In this document: one piece after another, positions 19,458-29,492 of the stretch
How the letters are laid out: each line of letters opens with the position of its first letter
How positions within the stretch are numbered: position 1 is the stretch's first letter
Source: an uncultured Arcobacter sp.
GTDB taxonomy: Bacteria; Campylobacterota; Campylobacteria; Campylobacterales; Arcobacteraceae
Direction: 5' to 3'
Assembly (NCBI GenBank): GCA_965140705.1
Contig: OZ223300.1
Span: 1,664,001 to 1,728,000 of the forward strand
DNA: 64,000 nucleotides
Notes under the pieces: model-generated
What the model saw: only the letters and a program-made list of their open reading frames with translations
The model's database searches: none
Told to the model about the DNA's origin: nothing
Made by a program: the position numbers and the translations under genes

Positions 19458-21033
19458 CTATTTGAAGATTCTCTCTTTGAATTTTATTTATTGCAAGGTC
19501 CATATTTTTATAGATATGTGTATTTTTAAATATTTCACTATCTTCAATCTTTGATATTCTTCTTCTATCTCTTTCTTTTACTACTAATGAAACATCAATA
19601 TTATAATCTTTTAATAAATTAATAATTTCTTCAATTGTAATAATTGCAGAAATATCTAAAAAAGGAATATCTCTACAATCAATAATAATATATTTAACTT
19701 TCAATACTTTTTTTATTCTTCGTTCAAGTATCATTGCACTTCCAAAGAAAAAAGCTCCATCAATTCTTAATATTCTTATATCATTATTATCAATATCTAT
19801 ATCAAAAGGACTAATTTTGTGTGCCTTTATAGTTTGGATTCTTGTCTCTTTTGAAATTTTATAAACAGCTGCTATTGCTGCAAAAGTAATACCTGCACCA
19901 ACTGCCATTATTAAATCTACAAATACAGTTAATAATAAAACTGTAACCATAATTAGTATGTCATTTTTATGTAAAACTTTCATGATTTTAAAAAATCTAT
20001 AATCTATAATATCAACACCAACTTTTATCAAAATTCCAGATAAAACCGCCAATGGGACTTGAGAAGCATATTTTGCAAAAAATATCACAGTAATTAAAAG
20101 CATAATAGAGTGAGTCATTCCAGAAATTCTAGTAACCCCTCCACTTTTTATATTAATTACAGTTCTCATAGTAGCTCCTGCTCCTGGAATTCCTCCAACA
20201 AAAGCACATAAAGAATTACCAATTCCTTGACCTATTAACTCTTTATTTGGTCTATGTTTTGTTTTAGTCATAGAATCTGCTACTAGGGATGTTAGTAAGG
20301 TATCAATTGTTCCTAATAAGGCTAAAGTAAGTGCATACATTAAAATGTCTTTTAACTTTAAAATATCAAAATTAAAAGGTAAAACAAAATTAGGTAAAGA
20401 TGTCGGAATTTCACCTATTACTTTAAGATCATAACCATAATAAATAGTAAAAGAAGTCATAACTATCAAAGCAATTAATGCAGAAGGTATGATTTTTGTA
20501 ATAACCTTAGGAGTTAAAAACATAATTATTAATGTAATATAAGCAATTATTAAAGAGTCATTATTAGCTAAATGAAGAGTATTAGGCAGTTCGATTAAAG
20601 TATGAAGTACAGAGCCAGAGCCATCAACACCTAAAAAAGGATTGATTTGTAAAATAATGATAATAACACCAATTCCAGTCATAAATCCAGAAATAACAGG
20701 ATAAGGAATAAATTTAATCCATTTACCAATGCCAAAAATACCAAAAGAGATTTGAATTATTCCAGCTAAAAATATCACAGTCATAACTGAAGCCAAATCG
20801 TCTTTAAAAGCGACTATAGCAGCAGCTGTGATAACTGTCATAGGACCAGTTGGTCCTGATATTTGAGTTGGTGTCCCACCAAATAAAGCAGCAAAAAAAC
20901 CAAGTATAATGGCTCCATAAATACCAGCTTCAGCACCTGCCCCACTTGCAACTCCAAAAGCCAATGCTAACGGTAAAGCAACAACCGCTGCAGTTACTCC
21001 ACCTAAAATATCATTTTTAATATTTTTAAACAA
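19450..21033 (-). CDS. SulP family anion transporter with STAS domain
   Basis: VALPLALAFG, QISGPTGPM, GAGATMRT; C-terminal STAS (DGAFFFGSA, PFLDISA). Confidence 0.92.
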   Translation of the reverse strand: MFKNIKNDILGGVTAAVVALPLALAFGVASGAGAEAGIYGAIILGFFAALFGGTPTQISGPTGPMTVITAAAIVAFKDDLASVMTVIFLAGIIQISFGIFGIGKWIKFIPYPVISGFMTGIGVIIIILQINPFLGVDGSGSVLHTLIELPNTLHLANNDSLIIAYITLIIMFLTPKVITKIIPSALIALIVMTSFTIYYGYDLKVIGEIPTSLPNFVLPFNFDILKLKDILMYALTLALLGTIDTLLTSLVADSMTKTKHRPNKELIGQGIGNSLCAFVGGIPGAGATMRTVINIKSGGVTRISGMTHSIMLLITVIFFAKYASQVPLAVLSGILIKVGVDIIDYRFFKIMKVLHKNDILIMVTVLLLTVFVDLIMAVGAGITFAAIAAVYKISKETRIQTIKAHKISPFDIDIDNNDIRILRIDGAFFFGSAMILERRIKKVLKVKYIIIDCRDIPFLDISAIITIEEIINLLKDYNIDVSLVVKERDRRRISKIEDSEIFKNTHIYKNMDLAINKIQRENLQIDE

Positions 21034-21050
21034 AAAATACCCTTTGTTTA

Positions 21051-22493
21051 TTAATTTGTCTCTTCGTCTTCTTCTCTTTGACCTTTTTTACGAGCTAAAA
21101 TATGAATAGGAGTTCCTTCAAAATTTAGTTGCTCTCTTAAAATATTTATTAAATATCTTTTGTATGAAAAGTGCAGTAAATTTGGTTTATTCATAATAAG
21201 TGCAACTCTAGGAGGTTTGGTCTCAAATTGAGTTGTATAATAAATTCTTAAATACGCACCATTTGGACTAGGTAGAGCATGTCTAATTACTGCATATTCT
21301 ATAATTCTATTTAATTCAGATGTAGAGATTCTTTGACTATAATTTTCATAAATATCAATTAACTTATCTTTTAATTTATCAATACTTCTACCTGTTTTTG
21401 CAGATACTGCAATTATAGGAGCATAATATAAAAACTTAAATTTACTTCTAATTGTTTCTTGCATTTTTTGGAATGTGTCCATGTTCTCATCCCATTTATT
21501 TAAAACAATTATTGTTCCTAAACCATACTCATCAACCAATCCAGCAATCTTTTCATCCAAATCAACTAATTCAGAAGAAGCATCTAAAACAACTAAAGCT
21601 AAATTTGCTTTTTTAAGCATCTCTTTTGTTCTCATTAAAGCAAATTTTTCAATTCCTTCAATACTCCCTCTTCTTCGTAAACCAGCTGTATCAACAAAAG
21701 TAATATTTTTATCTTTATATTCAAATGATTCATCAACAGGATCTATAGTTGTTCCTGCTATTGGAGAAACTACAGATCTCTCTTGTCCAATTAAGGCATT
21801 CAAAATAGATGATTTACCAACATTAACTCTACCAATAATTGCTACTTTTATATTATTATCATCTATTTCTTCAACAATATCTTCATCTTCTAAAGGATAC
21901 TCACCTTCTTCATATTCAGAATCATCTTCATCTAAAATTTCTCTATTTATAATAACTTCACTCTCTGGTAATTCAGGTAAAACATTATAAATCCAATCAA
22001 ATAAATCTTTTGTTCCTCTATTATGTGAAACAGATATTCCAAAAAGATTCTCATCTTTAATTCCAAATTCAAAGAATTCCCAAAGTCTTTCTTTCTCTTT
22101 GTCATTATCAATTTTATTTACAACTAAAGCTAACTTTTTTCCTAAAGCTTGAAGCTCATAAAATAATTCTTTATCTTTCTCATCTGGAAGCTTTTTACCA
22201 TCAACCATAAAAAGTATTATATCAGCCTCTTTTGCTGTCTCTACAGCTTTTCTTTTTACTGTTGAAAAGATTGCATCATTTGTTTCATCAATTCCACCTG
22301 TATCTAACATCAATGCTTTTTTATCAAAAATTTCTACTTCATGTTTTCTAATATCTCTCGTTGTACCAGCTAGATCAGATACTATTGCTATTCTTTGCTT
22401 TGCTATTCTATTAAAGAGTGAACTCTTACCAACATTTGGTTGTCCAACTAGTGCTATTTTTTTCAATTCTTCTCTACTATTAATTACTTGCAT
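21051..22493 (-). CDS. der: ribosome biogenesis GTPase Der
   Basis: Two GTPase domains (GQPNVGKSS, GRVNVGKSS), acidic linker, KH-like C-terminus. Confidence 0.97.
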   Translation of the reverse strand: MQVINSREELKKIALVGQPNVGKSSLFNRIAKQRIAIVSDLAGTTRDIRKHEVEIFDKKALMLDTGGIDETNDAIFSTVKRKAVETAKEADIILFMVDGKKLPDEKDKELFYELQALGKKLALVVNKIDNDKEKERLWEFFEFGIKDENLFGISVSHNRGTKDLFDWIYNVLPELPESEVIINREILDEDDSEYEEGEYPLEDEDIVEEIDDNNIKVAIIGRVNVGKSSILNALIGQERSVVSPIAGTTIDPVDESFEYKDKNITFVDTAGLRRRGSIEGIEKFALMRTKEMLKKANLALVVLDASSELVDLDEKIAGLVDEYGLGTIIVLNKWDENMDTFQKMQETIRSKFKFLYYAPIIAVSAKTGRSIDKLKDKLIDIYENYSQRISTSELNRIIEYAVIRHALPSPNGAYLRIYYTTQFETKPPRVALIMNKPNLLHFSYKRYLINILREQLNFEGTPIHILARKKGQREEDEETN

Positions 22494-22527
22494 CTATTTC
22501 CTAATTCTTTCAATTTCGTATTATAAC

Positions 22528-22567
22528 AAAAAAAAGGGCGTTAGCCTCAAGACTAACACCCTTTTTT
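22528..22567 (-). terminator. intrinsic terminator after hpf
   Basis: Minus strand GGGUGUUAGUC-UUGA-GGCUAACGCCC followed by U8. Confidence 0.85.
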
Positions 22568-22585
22568 AATAATTCGTTAAAAATT

Positions 22586-23128
22586 TTAGTATAAACCAAA
22601 TTTTCCTTCATCACTTGTTTTATATAATACTCTCATATTATCATCTTTATCATAGAAAACTTTAAATACAGAACCAGAAGATTTTAAATCATTTAATGCC
22701 TCTTCAATATCAATTGGTTTGTATGAAGTCAATCTAACTGGAATAATTTCCGCTTCAAGTTTATCTAATTCATTTGCAATAGCATCTTCAATTTCTGTAG
22801 AAACAACTTCTGAAAGTTTAGTAGCTTTGTGAGTGCTTACTTTATCATGATGTCTTCTTAATACTTTTGAAACTCTATCAACTGCAATATCAACCGCAGA
22901 ATATAAATCTTTATCTTTTTGTTTTACAACAATTGTATCTAAATGTGCTACATTAATTGTAAATTCGAAAACGAATACAGGTTTACTATTTCTCTCTTCT
23001 TTATCAATAATAGAATTAACTGAAATAATATCTAAGTTATACTTTTTAAAAATTTCTACTGAACTATTTACATAGTCTTTTATCGCATCTGTTAATTCTA
23101 TGTGTCTTCCTACAATACTTGTATTCAT
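22586..23128 (-). CDS. hpf: ribosome hibernation promoting factor (long HPF/RaiA)
   Basis: GRHIELTDAIKDYV, DLYSAVDIAVD, C-terminal KPIDIEEAL...GKFGLY; start ATG 23128 behind AAGGAG. Confidence 0.9.
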   Translation of the reverse strand: MNTSIVGRHIELTDAIKDYVNSSVEIFKKYNLDIISVNSIIDKEERNSKPVFVFEFTINVAHLDTIVVKQKDKDLYSAVDIAVDRVSKVLRRHHDKVSTHKATKLSEVVSTEIEDAIANELDKLEAEIIPVRLTSYKPIDIEEALNDLKSSGSVFKVFYDKDDNMRVLYKTSDEGKFGLY

Positions 23129-23212
23129 AACATACTCCTTAGTCTTAATATAATTAATATAATAACACAATGATTATTAAAATAATAATAAATTTCAATT
23201 ATTATTTAATAA

Positions 23213-25357
23213 TTAAAGTAATATCTCACGATTACCTTTTGCATTAACTTCTGATAAAACACCTGTCATTTCGAGTTGTTCTACAATTGTAGCTGCTCTG
23301 TTGTAACCAATTCTTAGCTTTCTTTGTATATAAGAAATAGAAGTCTTTTTGTCTGTTAATACAACTTGCTTTGCATCTTCATAAAGTTCATCTAAAGATG
23401 ACATATCTCCACTTGAAATAGCCGTCCCATTTCCATCTTTATCTTTTACAAAATTCATATCATAATCAACTTCACGTTGTGATTTTAAAAAATCAACTAC
23501 TTTCTCTATCTCATCCTCTTTTGACCATGGTGCATGAAGTCTAACTAAACCAGAACTTCCTGGAGGTGTAAATAACATATCTCCACGTCCCAGTAATGAT
23601 TCAGCTCCCATTGCATCTAAAATAATTTTAGAATCTACTTTTTGCCCTACTTTATATGAAATTCTACTTGGTAAATTTGCTTTAATTAGACCTGTTACAA
23701 CATCCACAGAAGGTCTTTGAGTAGCAACAATTAAGTGAATACCACTAGCTCTTGCCATTTGTGCAAGTCTAGCAATAGAAAGTTCAACATCTTTTCCACT
23801 TGTCATCATAAGATCAGCTAACTCATCAATAATAACAACTATATAGGGTAAAGCTTCAAAGCCCTCTTTTTTAGATTTTTCATTATAGTTTTCGATATTT
23901 TTAGTTTTTGTTTGAGACATAAGTGTATATCGTCTTTCCATTTCAGAAACCATATTAGATAAAGCTAAAATTGCCTCTTTAGGCTTTGTAATAACAGGAG
24001 TTAAAAGATGTGGAATATCATTATAAATAGAAAATTCTAACATTTTTGGATCAATCATAATAAGTTTCAAATTATCAGGTGAATTTTTATATAAAAGTGA
24101 AAGAATCATTGCATTTAATCCAACTGATTTCCCAGACCCTGTAGTTCCAGCAATAAGTAAATGTGGAAGTTTTTTCAAATCTGTAATAAAAGGTTTACCT
24201 ACTATATCTTTTCCTAAAATCATAGTTAAAGGAGAAGTTGCTTTATTAAATATTTCACTATCAAGTAACTCTTTTATATAAATTACATGCATATTTTCAT
24301 TTGGGACTTCTATTCCTATTACATCTTTACCTGGAATTGGAGCTTGAATTCTTATTGTTTCAGCTTTAAGTGCCATTGCTAAGTCATCTTGTAAGTTTAG
24401 TACTTTTGATACTTTTACATGGGGTGCAGGTTTAAATTCAAAAGTAGTAACAACTGGACCTGTATAAGTTCTAACAACATCACCTTCAATTTTAAACATT
24501 AAAAGTTTTTCTAATAAGTCAGCTATTTTCCTATCAATTATCTCTTCATTAATTTTGGAAGTTGCTGTTTTAGGAGGAGTTTGGAAAAAGTTACTATTTG
24601 GAAGTTTAAAATCTTTTGGTTTTTCTGATTCCCCAACTTCTATTTCATCTTGTAGTTTTTTATTCTCTTCTAATTCATCAACAAGTATAGAATGCTTCTC
24701 TTCAATATTTTCATTAGATTTTGTATCTATGATATTATTTTCAACATTATCATTTTTAAAAATTTTATCTTCTTTTTTATCTTCTTCAATAATTAATATT
24801 TCAGCTGTATCACCTACTTCTTTAACTGTTACTTTTTCTCTTCTTTTTTCTCTTCTTGAATCATTAGTTTTTGGTTGAAATAAAACTACATCTTTTTTTA
24901 TATTTGAAGCTATCTTTTGAACATTTATTGTTTTAACTTCTTTTCCATCTACAAATATTAAAAATGTAATCAAAAAACCTATTAAAACCAATAACCATAA
25001 GCCTGCAAAACCAATAAAGGGGAATAATGAAGAGATAATACCATCTCCAATCAAACCTGAAAGTTTATCTGCTTTTGTAAAAACTAAAGATTGAAAAATA
25101 AGTGCAGATAAAAGAAAAATAAATATTCCAAAGTACTTTAGATAATCTTTTTTCTCTTCATGTTTAAAATTAATTTTATATATAGGATATAAAATCAAAA
25201 ATAGATAAACATAAGACAAATAACCAAAATACAAATGAGAATATGAAGCAAAAATAGAACCTACTTTTCCAACTGTAACCTTATCAGATACAATTGTTGC
25301 ATATTCAAAATATACTATTAAAAATAGTGATATTAAAGATAATATTTTTTTTACTAT
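23213..25357 (-). CDS. ftsK: DNA translocase FtsK (start probably upstream of the ORF-track TTG 25234)
   Basis: PHLLIAGTTGSGKS, IIDELADLM, ATQRPSVD, gamma domain LRIGYNRAA; frame open 41 more codons to ATA 25357. Confidence 0.93.
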   Translation of the reverse strand: MVKKILSLISLFLIVYFEYATIVSDKVTVGKVGSIFASYSHLYFGYLSYVYLFLILYPIYKINFKHEEKKDYLKYFGIFIFLLSALIFQSLVFTKADKLSGLIGDGIISSLFPFIGFAGLWLLVLIGFLITFLIFVDGKEVKTINVQKIASNIKKDVVLFQPKTNDSRREKRREKVTVKEVGDTAEILIIEEDKKEDKIFKNDNVENNIIDTKSNENIEEKHSILVDELEENKKLQDEIEVGESEKPKDFKLPNSNFFQTPPKTATSKINEEIIDRKIADLLEKLLMFKIEGDVVRTYTGPVVTTFEFKPAPHVKVSKVLNLQDDLAMALKAETIRIQAPIPGKDVIGIEVPNENMHVIYIKELLDSEIFNKATSPLTMILGKDIVGKPFITDLKKLPHLLIAGTTGSGKSVGLNAMILSLLYKNSPDNLKLIMIDPKMLEFSIYNDIPHLLTPVITKPKEAILALSNMVSEMERRYTLMSQTKTKNIENYNEKSKKEGFEALPYIVVIIDELADLMMTSGKDVELSIARLAQMARASGIHLIVATQRPSVDVVTGLIKANLPSRISYKVGQKVDSKIILDAMGAESLLGRGDMLFTPPGSSGLVRLHAPWSKEDEIEKVVDFLKSQREVDYDMNFVKDKDGNGTAISSGDMSSLDELYEDAKQVVLTDKKTSISYIQRKLRIGYNRAATIVEQLEMTGVLSEVNAKGNREILL

Positions 25358-25370
25358 TTGAGACCCTTTA

Positions 25371-26312
25371 TTATAATAATTTAGAAATTTTAGCTTGTAA
25401 TTTTAGCCAAGTTTTATGTTCAAACAAAGGAAAACCAGCCCATTGTTTTTTTGGTTCTTTTATACTTTTTGTAACTCCACCACGAGCAGCAATTGTAGTA
25501 AATGGTGCAATTTCAAGATGTCCTGATGTTGCACTTTGTCCACCCATAATAACATATTCATGCAGTATTGAAGAACCAGAAAGTCCAACTTGTCCAGTTA
25601 AAATACAACCAACTCCAAGTTTACAGTTATGACCAATATGAACTAAATTATCTAATCTAACCCCATCACTTATAATCGTAGACTTAAAAGCAGCTCTGTC
25701 AATAGAAGTATTAGAACCAATTTCAACATCATTGCCAATCTCAACATTTCCATTTTGATAAATTTTTATATATTTACCTTTACTTTGAGCAAAACCAAAA
25801 CCATCACTTCCAATTACAGTCCCCGCATGAATTATACAATCATTTCCTATATTGCAGTCCCTATAAACAGTAACATTTGGATAGATAATTGTATTATTCC
25901 CAATATTTACATTATCTCCAATATATGCTCCACTCATGATAGTACAATTATTACCAATAGTAGAGTTTTTACCTAAATATACATTTGGCATAATTGTAGA
26001 ATTTTCTCCAACAACACAATCATTGCCATCAATTTCCACAAGTTTTGGTGCAAATAATTTTGAAGCAAGAGCTAATTTAACATAAGGTTCATCACATACA
26101 AGTGCAATAGTATTCTTAGGAACTTTTGAGACAAAATCTTTTTTAACTAAAACAGCAGCAGCTGTAGTTTTTTCTAAATCCTTAGTATATTTACTATTTT
26201 CTAAAAATGTTAATTCATTAGCAGTTGAATCAAGTAATGTATTTAATCCACTTACTTCTATTTCATTATTGCATTTAATATCTAATGCGACTGCTATATC
26301 TTTTAATTTCAA
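25371..26312 (-). CDS. lpxD: UDP-3-O-acyl-glucosamine N-acyltransferase
   Basis: Hexapeptide repeats, GSDGFGF, IDRAAF, DNLVHIGHNC. Confidence 0.96.
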   Translation of the reverse strand: MKLKDIAVALDIKCNNEIEVSGLNTLLDSTANELTFLENSKYTKDLEKTTAAAVLVKKDFVSKVPKNTIALVCDEPYVKLALASKLFAPKLVEIDGNDCVVGENSTIMPNVYLGKNSTIGNNCTIMSGAYIGDNVNIGNNTIIYPNVTVYRDCNIGNDCIIHAGTVIGSDGFGFAQSKGKYIKIYQNGNVEIGNDVEIGSNTSIDRAAFKSTIISDGVRLDNLVHIGHNCKLGVGCILTGQVGLSGSSILHEYVIMGGQSATSGHLEIAPFTTIAARGGVTKSIKEPKKQWAGFPLFEHKTWLKLQAKISKLL

Positions 26313-26330
26313 ATCATTATCCTTTATTCA

Positions 26331-26358
26331 AAAAACGATAAGAGTAACTCTTATCGTT
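26331..26358 (-). terminator. hairpin/terminator at the end of ilvH
   Basis: AACGATAAGAG-TAA-CTCTTATCGTT with a U-run on the minus strand. Confidence 0.6.
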
Positions 26359-26848
26359 CCATTGCAACTACACCACTTTTAACTATTTCAATTGGGTTGT
26401 AGTTTTTGATAACTTTTACAAAATTTGCAATTCTACTTGGCTCATCTGTTGCAGAGATAATAATACAATCTTGGGTTACATTTTGAATTGAACCATTATA
26501 AGCACGAGCAAGTACGTCCACATCACTTAAATTTTGATCAACTGGTATTTTTACAAGAACTGTCTCTTTTTCTACAACATCAGAATGTTCATTTACTCTT
26601 AAAACAGGAATTAATTTATTTAATTGTTTAACAATTTGATCAATCACTCTTCTATCACCTGTTGTAACAATAGTCATTCTTGAGTATTCTGAATCACTAA
26701 TTGGAGCAACTGTTAAAGAGTCAATATTATAACCACGAGCAGAGAAAAGACCTGCAATTCTTGATAAAACGTTGTTTTCATTTAAAACTATAACAGAGAT
26801 AACTTTTCTTGCATTTTCTGAATCATAGTAGTGATTAAAATTATTCAT
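26351..26848 (-). CDS. ilvH: acetolactate synthase small subunit
   Basis: ACT domain VLSRIAGLFSARGYNIDSLTV, QLNKLIPV. Confidence 0.95.
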   Translation of the reverse strand: MNNFNHYYDSENARKVISVIVLNENNVLSRIAGLFSARGYNIDSLTVAPISDSEYSRMTIVTTGDRRVIDQIVKQLNKLIPVLRVNEHSDVVEKETVLVKIPVDQNLSDVDVLARAYNGSIQNVTQDCIIISATDEPSRIANFVKVIKNYNPIEIVKSGVVAMER

Positions 26849-28535
26849 TGTTATCTCCTAAAAGCATCATTTCATTAAGTGCATGTCCATTTGGAACCAT
26901 TGGTAAAACCTCTTCATTTCTATCAACTATAACTTCAATCATTGCAACTACTTTTTTCTCCATTGCATCTTTTAGTGCTTCGTCAAACTCTTTTTTAGTA
27001 GTAACTCTATACCCTATTCCACCAAAAGCTTCAACAAGTTTTACAAAATCAGGTTGTGCACTCAAGTCAGTTTCAGATAGCCTATTTTCATAGAACATTG
27101 TTTGCCATTGTCTTACCATTCCAAGATAATTATTATTTAAAATAATATTAATAACTGGAAGTTTTTGTTCAACACAAGTCATAAGTTCTTGAATATTCAT
27201 CAAAATAGAACCATCACCTGTAAAGTTTATAGAAATTTTATCAGGCCTTGCTTTTGCAACACCCATAGCACCTGGTAATCCAAATCCCATAGTTCCTAAT
27301 CCACCTGAAGTATTCCATTGTCTAGGATAAGAGAAGGGATAAAATTGAGCTGACCACATTTGATGTTGTCCAACATCAGTTGAAATAATTGCATCATCAC
27401 CAACAAGTTCACCAACTCTAACTATTGGCCATTGTGGTTTTATTTTAGTATCAGAATCTTTAAATCTCAATGGATGTTGAACTCTATAATCTCGTAATAA
27501 TGCTACCCAATTACTATAATCATTAAATTCAAATTCTCCAATTGAGTCAATCATCCCTTGAACAGTTACTTTTAAATCTCCAACTATTGGAAAATTTGTG
27601 TGCACAAGTTTAGCAATAGAAGCTGGATCAATATCCACATGAATTACTTTTGCTTTTTTTGCAAATTCATCAAGTCTTCCAGTAACCCTATCATCAAATC
27701 TAGCACCTAAAGAGATAAGTAAATCTGTTTCATGGGCTGCCATATTAGCTGCATATTCACCATGCATTCCTAACATACCAAGTAGCAATGGATTTGTATG
27801 TCCCATAACTCCTCTTGCCATAAGTGTTTCCACAGCAGGAATATTTAATTTTTCAGCTAATTCTCTTATCTCATATGCACAATTTGATAAAATTGCTCCA
27901 CCCCCAATATAAAGCAATGGTTTTTTAGCTTTTGATATAGCTTGCATTGCTCTTTTTAGTTGCTTTTTATTATAATTAACTGTTGGTTTATAAGTTGGTA
28001 ACTCAACCTTTTCTGGATATAAGTAATCAGCAACTTCTGCTGTAATATCTTTTGGAATATCAATATGAACAGGCCCTGGTCTTCCAGTACTTGCTATATG
28101 AAATGCTTCTTTAATAATTCTTGGTAAATCTTTTATATTATTTACTAAATAATTATGTTTTGTACAAGGCCTAGAGATCCCTACTGCATCGATTTCTTGA
28201 AATCCATCAGTACCAATAATTGTAGTTGGTACTTGCCCAGTAATCACAACCAAAGGAATAGAATCCATATAAGCATCAGCCAAACCAGTAACTGCATTAG
28301 TAAATCCAGGACCAGATGTAACTATTGCAACACCAACTCGTCCTGTTGCTTTTGCATATCCTTCAGCTGCATGAATAGCTGCTTGCTCATGTCTAGTCAA
28401 TATATGTTCAAAATGTGTTTGTTTGTAAATTTCATCGTAGACATTCATAATAGCGCCACCAGGGTAACCGAATACAACTTCTACCCCTTCATTTTTTAAT
28501 GATTCTGTTACCATTTTTGCGCCTGTCATTTTCAT
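26841..28535 (-). CDS. ilvI: acetolactate synthase large subunit
   Basis: FGYPGGA, RHEQ, TSGPG, TPP motif GDGS...NN, GMVRQWQ. Confidence 0.95.
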   Translation of the reverse strand: MKMTGAKMVTESLKNEGVEVVFGYPGGAIMNVYDEIYKQTHFEHILTRHEQAAIHAAEGYAKATGRVGVAIVTSGPGFTNAVTGLADAYMDSIPLVVITGQVPTTIIGTDGFQEIDAVGISRPCTKHNYLVNNIKDLPRIIKEAFHIASTGRPGPVHIDIPKDITAEVADYLYPEKVELPTYKPTVNYNKKQLKRAMQAISKAKKPLLYIGGGAILSNCAYEIRELAEKLNIPAVETLMARGVMGHTNPLLLGMLGMHGEYAANMAAHETDLLISLGARFDDRVTGRLDEFAKKAKVIHVDIDPASIAKLVHTNFPIVGDLKVTVQGMIDSIGEFEFNDYSNWVALLRDYRVQHPLRFKDSDTKIKPQWPIVRVGELVGDDAIISTDVGQHQMWSAQFYPFSYPRQWNTSGGLGTMGFGLPGAMGVAKARPDKISINFTGDGSILMNIQELMTCVEQKLPVINIILNNNYLGMVRQWQTMFYENRLSETDLSAQPDFVKLVEAFGGIGYRVTTKKEFDEALKDAMEKKVVAMIEVIVDRNEEVLPMVPNGHALNEMMLLGDNNE

Positions 28536-28682
28536 TATAATTTTCTCCGTTGTAAAATAGGTATTTATTTTACAAAAATTTAGTTTAATACATCTTTAAA
28601 GCGGACTTTCTAGGACTTTTGCATTTAATGACAAATTTATTATTTTTCTAATATAATTTACGATAATCGAAGGAGTCTAAAA

Positions 28683-29492
28683 GTGGATGTAAATAATCTT
28701 GCTAGTGTAAATAATGTTGGTGTAAATAATGTACCTAAACAATATGTTGATAAAGCACGATTTAATGGATCAGTTAATACAGTTGATAATGAAGATGCAT
28801 TAAGAGTATCTATTCATGAAGTTTATAATAAAAAAAGAGATGAGTTATCCCATTCACTTAGAAACCTTAATGAAGGTATTGCAATTACCCAGATTTCTAT
28901 GAACTCCCTTTCAAAACAACAAGACAACTTAAAAAATATTGGAAATGCTCTAGTAAAATTAGATAGTAGTGGAGATTATGAAAATAAAAGATTTGAAACA
29001 GCAGAAGAGATATCAAATCAACTAAACAACTATAATCAAGAAGCAGAAAAGGCAAGATTTAGTAAAAAATTACTCTTAGATGATCAATATGGTGATGAAA
29101 TAATAAATATAGTTACCCAATCAAAAGATTTTAAAATAACTGGTGTAAATACAAAAGAAATCTCTCAAACTTTAGTTAATAGCCTACAATCTAACTCTTT
29201 ATCTTCAAGTGAAGATATAAAAAGTGCCTTGGAAAATCTAGATGAAGCTCTAAAAAAAAGTGAAGCATTTACAGATAACTTTTCTAAGATGAATAATGAG
29301 ATGAAACAAGTTGCTAGAGGAACTTTAAATGAACAAATAAATTTACTAAAAGAAAATAGTAAATTAAAAGATTTAAGTTTTGGTTCTGATTTTAATAACT
29401 TTTCAAAAACAAATATAATGAGTCAATTAGGCAATTTAGCGGCATCACAAGCACATATTATTCAAGAACAAACTTCAAAATTACTTGGATAA
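28683..29492 (+). CDS. short flagellin-like protein
   Basis: RNLNEGIAITQI resembles flagellin RNANDGIS; C-terminal LKDLSF...NFSKTNIMSQLG..AASQA resembles the flagellin C domain; GTG start with SD AAGGAG. Confidence 0.7.
   Translation: MDVNNLASVNNVGVNNVPKQYVDKARFNGSVNTVDNEDALRVSIHEVYNKKRDELSHSLRNLNEGIAITQISMNSLSKQQDNLKNIGNALVKLDSSGDYENKRFETAEEISNQLNNYNQEAEKARFSKKLLLDDQYGDEIINIVTQSKDFKITGVNTKEISQTLVNSLQSNSLSSSEDIKSALENLDEALKKSEAFTDNFSKMNNEMKQVARGTLNEQINLLKENSKLKDLSFGSDFNNFSKTNIMSQLGNLAASQAHIIQEQTSKLLG

Noticed and set aside
21475..21990. 171-aa plus-strand ORF and the other short ORFs nested in or antisense to known genes
   Set aside because: Shadows of well-supported genes with no independent coding signal
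28655..28666. Sigma28 promoter (CGATAA) before the flagellin-like gene
   Set aside because: No convincing -35, a TATAAT is adjacent, and presence of FliA in this genome is unknown
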